DNA from: a virus
Virus record (IMG/VR): IMGVR_UViG_3300045988_159436
Direction: 5' to 3' (one strand)
Length of the DNA stretch: 64,000 nt
A program made the position numbers and the translations under genes. A model generated the notes under the pieces. That model was not told where the DNA came from. It saw only the letters and a list, made by a program, of their open reading frames with translations, and did not search any database. Positions 49,388 through 58,143 of this stretch are shown in pieces. The number at the start of each line of letters is the position of its first letter. Within the stretch, counting starts at the first letter, position 1.

Positions 49388-49451
49388 ATTTATAGTGTTC
49401 AGATAACAGCTATGACTGTTAAGTTATTACTTAAAATTTAATAAGTAATGC

Positions 49452-49480
49452 TTGACAGTCTTTTTATTTTATGTTATAAT
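49452..49480 (+). promoter_or_regulatory. sigma70-type promoter
   Basis: TTGACA-17-TGtTATAAT. Confidence 0.65.
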
Positions 49481-49489
49481 AGTATTGAG

Positions 49490-49699
49490 GTGGAGGAAAT
49501 ATTGAAAGATTTTGAGAAACGTTTAAGTAAACAAAATTTTATGTTAATTAAAGTAAATGAATATTATTTTATTAGAAAAAGCAGAGCGTTTAAAAATAGT
49601 TATATGGTATTAGATTCAAAAGGGTATTTGATAGATTGTTTACAAGAAAAAATAGTTCGGCAAGTTTTTTTAGGCATAGATTTGGGGGAATGGGAATGA
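49490..49699 (+). CDS. WE-tail family small protein A (..GEWE*), start uncertain (GTG 49490/TTG 49502)
   Basis: C-terminal module FLGIDLGEWE. Confidence 0.45.
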   Translation: MEEILKDFEKRLSKQNFMLIKVNEYYFIRKSRAFKNSYMVLDSKGYLIDCLQEKIVRQVFLGIDLGEWE

Positions 49700-49911
49700 T
49701 TAAAAAACCTAATAATAATTGTAAATTATGCAAGTGTCTTCATAACTATAGCTATTTTAAAAAAGGTGAGTATTATTGGGCTGAATTAGGAGAACGTTTT
49801 TTTGCTGGTGCAGTTGTAGTATATTTTGGGAAGGACAGACATAATATGTGCTCTGTGGTTTTTTCCGACTTTTTCATTAAATTTCGATGGGAGGATTCAC
49901 AATGGGAATGA
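49690..49911 (+). CDS. WE-tail family small protein B (MGM.. ..QWE*)
   Basis: ATGGGAAT start overlaps previous EWE-stop. Confidence 0.5.
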   Translation: MGMIKKPNNNCKLCKCLHNYSYFKKGEYYWAELGERFFAGAVVVYFGKDRHNMCSVVFSDFFIKFRWEDSQWE

Positions 49912-50108
49912 GGATAACAGTAACTCCAAAAAGACAACTTATACATTATAATTTAAATGAGCAATATATAGCAGTGCCTGTATTTAGTGTGTATGGAAGT
50001 ATGGAATATAATATTTATAATAAAAAAGGCAATCTTTTAAATTCTTGGGTATCCCAAGAGTCATTATTTAATTTTTTTAAAAAGGTAGTAGATAAAGAAT
50101 GGGAATAA
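49902..50108 (+). CDS. WE-tail family small protein C (MGM.. ..KEWE*)
   Basis: same junction architecture. Confidence 0.5.
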   Translation: MGMRITVTPKRQLIHYNLNEQYIAVPVFSVYGSMEYNIYNKKGNLLNSWVSQESLFNFFKKVVDKEWE

Positions 50109-50308
50109 AGTTAGTAAAGGCAAAAGATAATTCGGCTCATTTTAGTCGTGGAGAGTTGTATAAAGTAACCCCATATAAAACTATGTATGGAGAAACAAAA
50201 TATACTATTTATACTGAGAATGGGTGGTTTATAAAAAGTTTTGTAACAGAAGGGGAATTACTTTATTTTTTTGATGTAGTTAATAATTATAATTTTGGAT
50301 GGGAATAA
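50099..50308 (+). CDS. WE-tail family small protein D (MGI.. ..FGWE*)
   Basis: same junction architecture. Confidence 0.5.
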   Translation: MGIKLVKAKDNSAHFSRGELYKVTPYKTMYGETKYTIYTENGWFIKSFVTEGELLYFFDVVNNYNFGWE

Positions 50309-50323
50309 AAGGAGGAAATAAAA

Positions 50324-50701
50324 ATGGAACCAATTATTAGTCCGTGGGTATTTTATTTTATTGATAAGTTAGATGAGGTGTCTGGATTGCCTTTATCAAT
50401 TTTTGCTTTTGGAATGTTAACAAATTTTATATTAGTTATGGTTACTGAAACATCAGAAGAGTTTAAAAGGTGGTTTTTTCCAAAAGCGTGGTTAGCACTT
50501 TTTTTGCTATCAGTTATGTTTGTTTTTTTAGTTCCTACAAAAGAAACGGCATACAAAATGATTATAGCAAATTATGTAACGCCTAACAGTATTTCTATAG
50601 TAAAAGAAGCCACAGAAGATAACATTGCTTCTTTAATAGATAAAATAGCAGTTGCTTCACAGGCATTATCAGGAAGGGAGAAAGAATCAAAATCCAAATG
50701 A
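50324..50701 (+). CDS. membrane protein (2 TM)
   Basis: hydrophobic segments. Confidence 0.45.
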   Translation: MEPIISPWVFYFIDKLDEVSGLPLSIFAFGMLTNFILVMVTETSEEFKRWFFPKAWLALFLLSVMFVFLVPTKETAYKMIIANYVTPNSISIVKEATEDNIASLIDKIAVASQALSGREKESKSK

Positions 50702-50898
50702 AACAGATAGAAAAAGTAAAGAAATTATATAAACCAAAATTTGAAATAGTAAGAGCAGAGAAAGTAAAAGATAATTATATATTATTCTTAGATGATAAAA
50801 ATATTATATTAGAAGAAGATGCTTTTAAATCATTATTTGAGCTTTATAGTGCTTTAGTTTCTTACTATGATGTAAGAAAGGATGAAACAAATGATTGA
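50698..50898 (+). CDS. hypothetical small protein
   Basis: ORF track. Confidence 0.4.
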   Translation: MKQIEKVKKLYKPKFEIVRAEKVKDNYILFLDDKNIILEEDAFKSLFELYSALVSYYDVRKDETND

Positions 50899-50952
50899 AT
50901 TATTCAATAGGGATTGTTTTGAAGTAGCAAAACGTAGAATAGAGGAAATAAA

Positions 50953-51486
50953 ATGATTATACGCAAAGATGATTATTTTAAAGTTCGTACTTTTTTTAAG
51001 TATGATGGTAATTCCTTTTTTAAAGGAGATTTATTACGAATAGTAAATAGTTGGTCAGATGAGGAAGCGGACTTTTGTAGTGAGTATTTTGAGTTATTTT
51101 TAAAGAAAAACAATTTAATGTTTAATCAAAAGTTTCAGGTTTTGGATTATGATGGAAAATATGCTGTTGGTAATGGGGCAAAATTTTGGATAGCAGATAA
51201 TAAACTTCATTGTGATAATCCAGAGATGAATACTCGGCTTATTATGTTAGAACTATTTGCTGGTAATTGTAGTGTAAAACAATTTCCTTATTATCCCACA
51301 AATGGTGATGTATATTTTTATGTCTATATGGACGGAAGCAATAATCAGGGAGTTGTATCTAAGGGAGTATTTTATGGTAATTTAGTAGACCAGCTTTTGC
51401 GAAGTTTAGGAAAATGTTATAGAACTAGAAACGAAGCAGAAGAGCATTTAAAAGAGGATGTTAATTTTTTATTAAAAGGAAGATGA
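50953..51486 (+). CDS. hypothetical protein
   Basis: ORF track. Confidence 0.45.
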   Translation: MIIRKDDYFKVRTFFKYDGNSFFKGDLLRIVNSWSDEEADFCSEYFELFLKKNNLMFNQKFQVLDYDGKYAVGNGAKFWIADNKLHCDNPEMNTRLIMLELFAGNCSVKQFPYYPTNGDVYFYVYMDGSNNQGVVSKGVFYGNLVDQLLRSLGKCYRTRNEAEEHLKEDVNFLLKGR

Positions 51487-51490
51487 AAAA

Positions 51491-51742
51491 ATGGAAACTA
51501 AATTATTAATTATTTTAGAAAGTTTAGAAAACAAAGGGGATATAAATTCTGAAATAGATTTATCTGAAACAGGTTATACTCCAAAAGTTATTAAAGAAGC
51601 ATTACAGTCTTTAGGTTATAAAATGGTTAGTGGTTCTTGGGATTGTTACGATTTTTCAGAGGAATATGAGAAAGAGGGGGCATCAAATGTGGTGCTATCT
51701 TTTAATGCAGAAACTTTTAAATTCACAATAATGGGGGTATAA
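51491..51742 (+). CDS. hypothetical small protein
   Basis: ORF track. Confidence 0.4.
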   Translation: METKLLIILESLENKGDINSEIDLSETGYTPKVIKEALQSLGYKMVSGSWDCYDFSEEYEKEGASNVVLSFNAETFKFTIMGV

Positions 51743-51768
51743 AAATAACACTAGAAGATATTGCAGTA

Positions 51769-52065
51769 ATGAGCGCAAAAGTTCCGCAAGAATTGTTAAT
51801 TTCTTATATACAAAATGTGTCTTTAATTTATCTTATAGCGATTTTTGTTGGCATCCTTTTCTTGGTATCTGTTATCCTTTTTCTGGCATATTGGTTAAAG
51901 AATGGGTTAGAAACGTTAGATGAGGGGACATTAACTATTATCGCACTTTTTTTAGTAAGCACTTCTCTTTTTACTATTGGAGCTTCTTTTCAGGCTTTTG
52001 AAAGTTTTATTTTTTATTTTAATTGCTATTTTAATCCATTAGTTATGATATTACAGGCGGTGTAA
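51769..52065 (+). CDS. membrane protein (3 TM)
   Basis: hydrophobic. Confidence 0.4.
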   Translation: MSAKVPQELLISYIQNVSLIYLIAIFVGILFLVSVILFLAYWLKNGLETLDEGTLTIIALFLVSTSLFTIGASFQAFESFIFYFNCYFNPLVMILQAV

Positions 52066-52070
52066 AAATA

Positions 52071-52277
52071 ATGTATAAAGTTTGGGTAGTAATAAGTGGA
52101 AAAAAATACTGGATAAAAAGTGCTGATTTTTTCCAAATTAGTGGAACGCAAATTGAAAACTCTGATGATGTAAAAATTTATCTTACTAAGGAAGATGCAG
52201 AAGAGGCATTAAAGCAGGTTCGTATAGATATGAGAGGGACAGCTACAGATTCAGGAATATTAGAAATTATGAAGTAA
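52071..52277 (+). CDS. small protein, YKVW..GKKYW family (paralog 1)
   Basis: paralogous to next ORF. Confidence 0.4.
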   Translation: MYKVWVVISGKKYWIKSADFFQISGTQIENSDDVKIYLTKEDAEEALKQVRIDMRGTATDSGILEIMK

Positions 52278-52289
52278 GAGGTTATAAAA

Positions 52290-52562
52290 ATGGCATATAA
52301 AGTTTGGATAACAGCACGTGGGAAGAAATATTGGGTAACAAAATTTGTAAACATTGCAGGAGTTCTTGAAATTCATTTTACACAAGATATAACAGATAAT
52401 GTAGCTATATATCCCAGTAAGGATATAGCAAGACGAGCATTAATAGCTACTTTAAATCATATACCAGAAGCTGTAGAAGGAGGAATGTTGGAAATTCCTG
52501 CAAAAATAATTAAAAAAAAAAGGTTGACAAAAATCCGAAAGTATGCTATAATAGACATATAA
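52290..52562 (+). CDS. small protein, YKVW..GKKYW family (paralog 2)
   Basis: paralogy. Confidence 0.4.
   Translation: MAYKVWITARGKKYWVTKFVNIAGVLEIHFTQDITDNVAIYPSKDIARRALIATLNHIPEAVEGGMLEIPAKIIKKKRLTKIRKYAIIDI
52524..52552 (+). promoter_or_regulatory. sigma70-type promoter (within 3' end of 52290 ORF) for tail fibre operon
   Basis: TTGACA-17-TGcTATAAT. Confidence 0.6.
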
Positions 52563-52582
52563 ATAAAGAGTAAAAACAATGG

Positions 52583-52608
52583 GGAAGCTCTGAAAGGGCT
52601 TCCTTTTT
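52583..52608 (+). terminator. rho-independent terminator
   Basis: ggaagctctgaaagggcttcc + T5. Confidence 0.55.
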
Positions 52609-52691
52609 AGCATATTGAATGGAGGGTTGAAATGGTAGAGAATAAAATGCCATTATATTTCAATGCTGGGGAATTGGGCGGGGTGAGATGA

Positions 52692-54569
52692 ATGGCTTAT
52701 GAAGCTTTCACTGGTGAAGAGTATATAGATACAGATTTAGTAGCGAAACTAAATCAAAATTATGATGCTTGCGGAAAACTGGCAAGTAAAAACACATGGT
52801 CAGCAGATAATGACTTTACAGCAGGTTTGACAGTAAACAAAACTCCTACAGTAAATACTGATGTATCGAATAAAAAATATGTAGATGATAGTATAGCTAA
52901 CGGAGATGTAAATTCGGCTAAATATTTAAACATAACGAATTTTATCCCTTCAAATAGCGATTTTAATGATTACAAAACTCCTGGAAAATATCAAGTACAA
53001 AGCTATACAGTAGCAAGCACAATGGCAAATATCCCCACTAGCTATAATGATGCAACGCCAAGGAGCGGTGTATTAAGTGTATTGATTGGATTTAATGCCC
53101 TTAGAACAAGTTTAGTCCAGATTTATCGAACTTATGGGAGTAGTTATGTAGTTTCAAGAACGTATCAACGCTGTTTTTACCATGAAAATAGTCGTTGGAC
53201 TGCATGGCGAGAAATTGCTTGTACTGATGAAGTAGGCTTATTAAATCAAGCAAATACCTATACAGCATTAAATATTTTCAGGGCAAATATTGGCGTATCT
53301 AACGGAACTGCGGCAGGTAGCAGTGGTACTGTAAGTTTTGGTGTTTCTCCGACAGGTGAAACAGTACAAGCAAGAATTGGAACAGATAATTTAGGTGGAT
53401 TATTTTATTACGCAAGCACAAATCAACCTCATGTATTTAGAGTTGGAACGAATAATAATGTGTTTGTCATACGTGACGATAATACAAAAGTAACTTTTTC
53501 TAGCAATAATAAGTCCTTTGCAACGGTCACACATGATGGTGTTGCAAAATGGTTAGGTAATGCTAATACAGCAACAAAGTTACAAACCGCACGCACAATA
53601 AATGGAGTATCTTTTGATGGCACAGCAAACATTACAATAGCTGACTCTACAAAGCTCCCTATTGCTGGTGGAACAATGACAGGTAATTTAACACTTAAAG
53701 GCAATCCAACAGCAGATTTGATGGCGGCTACAAAAAAATATGTAGATGATAGTGTTGCAAGTGCAACAGCTGGTTTACTGAGTTCTAACAATATTTGGAC
53801 TGGCAGTAATACATATAATAGGGATATTCATATAACAAATGGTTCGTCCGCTGGTTCGAGTGGTACGTTATATTTAGGTGTTAAACCTGCGAATGAAACA
53901 GTACAAGCAAGAATTGGAACAGATAATTTAGGTGGATTATTTTATTACGCAAGCACAAATCAACCTCATGTATTTAGAGTTGGAACGAATAATAATGTGT
54001 TTGTCATACGTGACGATAATACAAAAGTAACTTTTTCTAGCAATAATAAGTCCTTTGCAACGGTCACACATGATGGTGTTGCAAAATGGTTAGGTAATTC
54101 TGCCACAGCAACAAAACTAGCAACTGCAAGGACTATCACAGCAAATCTTGCAAGTAGCACTGCTGGTAGCTTTGACGGCTCGGCAAATATAACAGTCGGA
54201 GTTACTGGTACTTTACCAATCGCAAATGGTGGAACAGGTTTAACTTCTGCTCCTTCTATGTTAGTAAACCTTGCTAGTACAACAGCCACATCTCCGTTAC
54301 AGGCATCTCCACGTCCAGGTGTGACAGGGACTTTACCGATAGCAAACGGCGGCACTGGACAGACAACAGCGGCAGGAGTAAGAAATGCTTTAGGGCTGGG
54401 AAACACGACAGGAGCAGTTCCTATAGCAAATGGAGGAACAGGTGCAACAACAGCCGCCGCCGCAAGGACTGCATTAGGATGTGCACCTGCATATACCTAT
54501 AGTACAACTGATTTAACCGCTGGAAGCTCTAAATTAACCACAGGCACACTTTATATTGTGTATGAATAA
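52692..54569 (+). CDS. tail fibre protein with internal ~212-bp direct repeat and IANGGTGxT collagen-like repeats
   Basis: N-terminal anchor paralogous to 45093; repeats 53358-53570 and 53896-54108. Confidence 0.6.
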   Translation: MAYEAFTGEEYIDTDLVAKLNQNYDACGKLASKNTWSADNDFTAGLTVNKTPTVNTDVSNKKYVDDSIANGDVNSAKYLNITNFIPSNSDFNDYKTPGKYQVQSYTVASTMANIPTSYNDATPRSGVLSVLIGFNALRTSLVQIYRTYGSSYVVSRTYQRCFYHENSRWTAWREIACTDEVGLLNQANTYTALNIFRANIGVSNGTAAGSSGTVSFGVSPTGETVQARIGTDNLGGLFYYASTNQPHVFRVGTNNNVFVIRDDNTKVTFSSNNKSFATVTHDGVAKWLGNANTATKLQTARTINGVSFDGTANITIADSTKLPIAGGTMTGNLTLKGNPTADLMAATKKYVDDSVASATAGLLSSNNIWTGSNTYNRDIHITNGSSAGSSGTLYLGVKPANETVQARIGTDNLGGLFYYASTNQPHVFRVGTNNNVFVIRDDNTKVTFSSNNKSFATVTHDGVAKWLGNSATATKLATARTITANLASSTAGSFDGSANITVGVTGTLPIANGGTGLTSAPSMLVNLASTTATSPLQASPRPGVTGTLPIANGGTGQTTAAGVRNALGLGNTTGAVPIANGGTGATTAAAARTALGCAPAYTYSTTDLTAGSSKLTTGTLYIVYE

Positions 54570-54581
54570 AGAGGTGCGAAA

Positions 54582-55193
54582 ATGGCAAAAAGCATTTATA
54601 TAGGTGTAGATGGTAAAGCAAGAAAAGCAAAGAATATATACATTGGAGTAGACGGCAAGGCAAGAAAAGTCAAAAAAATGTATATAGGAGTAAATGGCGT
54701 AGCAAGATTATGTTACACGTCCGAAGTAACAGTAACGGTCACAATCGTACAATCAGCAAATCAAACAATAACAGTAATTTGCAATGGCAATTCATATACA
54801 TCAACATTCACAGCAGAAGCAGGGTCAACTTATACGGCAAGTATATCAGCAAGTACAGGTTATAATGCAGGCACATTAAGCAGTACAAGTGGAACATTGA
54901 CAGATAATATCACTATTAGTGCAACAGCCGCTACCTTGAAAACCTATACTTATACGATTAATCAGCCTACAGGTGGAACGATTACTGTTACAGTTGATGG
55001 AGTTGCATATACATCAACCTTTACTGTTCAGCATGGCAAAACTGCAAGCAATTTGTGTACGCCGAATAGTGGATACACCTTTAAGACATTTACATTGTCA
55101 GGAAGCTATCAAACTGCAAGCGCAAATACATTAGCAATAAATGGCGATGCTGAAATTGGAGCTGTATTAGAAAAGGAGGACGAAGATGTTTAA
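54582..55193 (+). CDS. tail fibre-associated protein (IYIGVDGKARK x3 N-terminal repeats)
   Basis: ORF track. Confidence 0.45.
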   Translation: MAKSIYIGVDGKARKAKNIYIGVDGKARKVKKMYIGVNGVARLCYTSEVTVTVTIVQSANQTITVICNGNSYTSTFTAEAGSTYTASISASTGYNAGTLSSTSGTLTDNITISATAATLKTYTYTINQPTGGTITVTVDGVAYTSTFTVQHGKTASNLCTPNSGYTFKTFTLSGSYQTASANTLAINGDAEIGAVLEKEDEDV

Positions 55194-55461
55194 TTGGTTG
55201 ATAAAATTATTAGGCGGGAAAACAAAATCGGAATATGAAGATATGCAAAAAGAACTAAATGAAAAATGTGCTAAATTATCAAACACATTAGACAGTTATG
55301 CGAATCTTGATTTTGTTGCAAGTGGTGAATATTCTTTTAGTGTAAAAGCAAATTCACCTTATAGTATTTTAGTTAAAAAAGGTCAAAATCTTATAATCAC
55401 TGGTTATAACAAAGATGGAGAGCTTTTAGAAAAAATTGATGTAAATAAGGAGGACGAATAA
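55186..55461 (+). CDS. hypothetical small protein (MFNWLIK..)
   Basis: ORF track. Confidence 0.4.
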   Translation: MFNWLIKLLGGKTKSEYEDMQKELNEKCAKLSNTLDSYANLDFVASGEYSFSVKANSPYSILVKKGQNLIITGYNKDGELLEKIDVNKEDE

Positions 55462-55997
55462 AATGTTTAATAAATTAATTAGGGGGGGGGCAGGCAGATA
55501 AAGAATTGTCTGTCAGCCGTCTTCCAAAATTACAATTACACGCACTAACTGATAATCCTATGAATATTACAGTCACAGGGAATATTACGGTTAGTGCGAC
55601 ACTAGAAAATAGTGGACAAATAGGTTTAACGGTCGGTCAATATACTTATGGCGGAAATCATTGGCAGTACGGTTATAGTAGCGCAGACTATGCATCAGAT
55701 CAAGTATATGGCAGTCTAAGTCCTGATACGTTCTATGGAATTAAAATAACTTCATTAATCGCAGGATTAATAGTTGATCCTAGTAGTCAGCAGCCTTTGC
55801 TACATATACTATTGATATCTTTTGCTAATAGTTTAAGTCAGAGTTCGATAAAAGTGACAATTAATAATAAGACTTATACGCTTAGTGCCCCTAATGGAAG
55901 CGCCTATTATTATGTAAATTTACCTGATAATGATACATCATTAGTGATGTGGTTACAATCACAGGTAGGTAAGACCATAACTGTAAACCTAGAGTAG
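55462..55997 (+). pseudogene. receptor-binding tip cassette paralog 1; ATG 55462 (strong AAGGAGG RBS) is out of frame with body because of G9 tract 55482-55490 (putative phase-variable)
   Basis: G8 would fuse MFNKLIRGG.. to ..SVSRLPKLQLHALTDNPMNITVTGN..; as written it terminates after 12 codons. Confidence 0.5.
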
Positions 55998-56046
55998 CAT
56001 TATTTTCAATATGTAATATTCCTCTGTGAGAAATCGGAGGAAAAAG

Positions 56047-56466
56047 ATGGCTTTGACAGACAATCCTATGAGTTTAGTGGTTACAGGCAATGTAACAGTT
56101 GGGGCAACATTAGAAGCAAGTGTACCGACTACTGAAACAAGATTGTTGAGTACTATGGATGTGAATACAACGGTTACTATTACAGTGCCTGCGGGTGTAA
56201 AAGTATTAAAAGTATCAGGTGCTGTAGACCATGAACACGAAGGTGAAGTAGCTTTAGATGTATATTCAGTAAATAGCAAAAAATATTGGTTATCTGTATA
56301 TAATTACGGATATGCTAGTGATATTTGGTATGTAGGAGTTACACCCAATAAAAGTTATACATTAAAGTTATCAACTGATAGCGAAACTGGCACTGAATCT
56401 GGAAGTGTAACTATTAGTTATTCACAATCAATTAACAATCAAACGCCTAAAGTAACCGATTACTAA
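56047..56466 (+). CDS. receptor-binding tip cassette paralog 2 (MALTDNPMSLVVTGNV...TPKVTDY)
   Basis: conserved N and C termini, variable middle. Confidence 0.55.
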   Translation: MALTDNPMSLVVTGNVTVGATLEASVPTTETRLLSTMDVNTTVTITVPAGVKVLKVSGAVDHEHEGEVALDVYSVNSKKYWLSVYNYGYASDIWYVGVTPNKSYTLKLSTDSETGTESGSVTISYSQSINNQTPKVTDY

Positions 56467-56487
56467 ACTCAAAATCTGCCGTATATT

Positions 56488-56901
56488 ATGGCTTTAACTG
56501 ATAATCCAATGTCAATTATCGTGACAGGCAATGTCACCATAGGAGCTAGCTTAGAGGCTAGTATTCCTAGTGGGGAAGTTACTTTAGCACATGGCAGTAC
56601 CTTTACAGTTCCCGCAGGAATAACAGTATTAAGAGCTTCATTTAATCAATCTGGATATTTAAGTTTGATTACGTATGTAGGTGTAACACCCAATAAATCC
56701 TATAAATTGTATTCTAATTGGACTGAATATAATTATGGAGAAGGTGAAGAATACTTGTTGTATAATGCTAACAATAATAAATCTTGGATTGATTATACTA
56801 TAGGCAATTTAGATGTTGATACTGGTTACACTGAGCTGAATTTTAAACTCGAATGGTCGCCTACTATCAATTCACACGCAGTAGAAGTTACAGACTATTA
56901 A
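56488..56901 (+). CDS. receptor-binding tip cassette paralog 3: constant N-terminus + variable C-terminal cassette A
   Basis: MALTDNPMSIIVTGNVTIGASLEASIP...SPTINSHAVEVTDY. Confidence 0.55.
   Translation: MALTDNPMSIIVTGNVTIGASLEASIPSGEVTLAHGSTFTVPAGITVLRASFNQSGYLSLITYVGVTPNKSYKLYSNWTEYNYGEGEEYLLYNANNNKSWIDYTIGNLDVDTGYTELNFKLEWSPTINSHAVEVTDY
56535..56569. repeat. 35-bp inverted repeat, left copy (caccataggagctagcttagaggctagtattccta), internal dyad TAGGAG..TATTCCTA
   Basis: perfect inverted copy at 57203-57237. Confidence 0.85.
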
Positions 56902-57237
56902 TAATCAGTAATATTAGGAGATTTCGCATTAATAGTTGGAGACCAAGATATCAAAATTCTAGCTCTATCATCCCTAGCACTTATCCAATATTTACTAGAG
57001 CTAGAATAATAGCAATAATAAAAATCATTGCTACCAACCACGACTGTTAACGTATATGTTTTTCCACCAGTTACTCCTACATAATTAGGAGATTTTTCCC
57101 CCACATCCTGAACTTCAACAACTTTTATATTAGTGGGTATAGTCACACTCCATTTATTTGTAGAGCCCGGCGATGAATATGTAGGAGATTGTACACTTCC
57201 TGTAGGAATACTAGCCTCTAAGCTAGCTCCTATGGTG
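56898..57237 (-). other. promoterless inverted C-terminal cassette B (..TGSVQSP...SPTINAKSPNITDY) convergent with cassette A
   Basis: homology to paralogs begins exactly at the inverted repeat; upstream minus-strand sequence is non-homologous. Confidence 0.5.
57203..57237. repeat. 35-bp inverted repeat, right copy
   Basis: reverse complement identical to 56535-56569. Confidence 0.85.
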
Positions 57238-57262
57238 AGGGGATTTAAGAAAGGAATTGTAG

Positions 57263-57850
57263 ATGGTAAAAATACTAATAATGGTACTATTTTTCTTGTT
57301 CCCCACATTAGCGGATGCTCATGTTGTAATGGGTGGTGATAGGGGAGAAACAATGAAGAATATAAAAATAGTAGAAAATTATTTTAAAAATAATTTTAAT
57401 TTAACTTTACATAGAGATGTTGCTGTTATTAATGTTGGTTCAGTAAAAGAATATGCGGATTTGTTAAAATACTTTAAAATAAATAATGCAGAAGAAATAG
57501 CTCAAAAAAGTGGAGCGGTAACATCTCGAAATTCTGTAATAGTTATAAATACTGCTGGAACAGATAAGAGTGATAGATTGTTTCTTTTAGCGCATGAAAT
57601 GACACATCAATATCAGTTCCAGCAGAAGGGAAAAGCGGCTACAGAAGATATGGCAATGCTTGAAGGATTTGCTGATTTAATAGCCAATGACATAAGTGGA
57701 GCTTACATATCTATTGAAAATTATGGAATAAAGCGGGAAGATTTAAAGAGTTATTCAGATTTCAACGAAGCACAAAAACAGTATGGAAATAAGGTATATG
57801 AACAGGCAAGATATTATGCAAGAAAAGAGAAGTTTTTAGATTATTACTAA
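57263..57850 (+). CDS. secreted HExxH zinc metallopeptidase-like protein
   Basis: signal peptide; LLAHEMTHQYQF. Confidence 0.45.
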   Translation: MVKILIMVLFFLFPTLADAHVVMGGDRGETMKNIKIVENYFKNNFNLTLHRDVAVINVGSVKEYADLLKYFKINNAEEIAQKSGAVTSRNSVIVINTAGTDKSDRLFLLAHEMTHQYQFQQKGKAATEDMAMLEGFADLIANDISGAYISIENYGIKREDLKSYSDFNEAQKQYGNKVYEQARYYARKEKFLDYY

Positions 57851-57913
57851 GGAGCGTATAAAATGACTCATAGTGTGGGGAAAGTTGATAAAAAATAAGG
57901 AGGATGCTTTATC

Positions 57914-58129
57914 TTGAAAATTGTAGATAAGTTTTATATTCGGTGTGTTAGTTATTTTGCACAAGAAGAGTGTGAAGAGTTGTGTTTACAGTTATTTCAA
58001 TTAAGTGATGAAGTTCTTGCCTTATCAAATGAAGTAAACATAATGCTATTTGATTGTTTTGATTTAAAGAAAGTATACTTAAATCAACGAGCATTAAATT
58101 GTTTAAGGAAAGCGGAAATTTGTCCGTAA
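57914..58129 (+). CDS. hypothetical small protein
   Basis: ORF track. Confidence 0.35.
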   Translation: MKIVDKFYIRCVSYFAQEECEELCLQLFQLSDEVLALSNEVNIMLFDCFDLKKVYLNQRALNCLRKAEICP

Positions 58130-58143
58130 GAAATGAGGTTAAT

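Noticed and set aside
49636-49695. Long N-terminal extension of ORF 49636-49911 overlapping previous gene
   Set aside because: The ORF track's most-upstream ATG is unlikely; the start conserved across the family (ATGGGAATG at 49690) is preferred.
53429-54406. Minus-strand ORFs 53429-53791 and 53966-54406 with identical C-terminal halves
   Set aside because: Reverse-strand reading of the 212-bp direct repeat inside the tail fibre gene; no independent signals.
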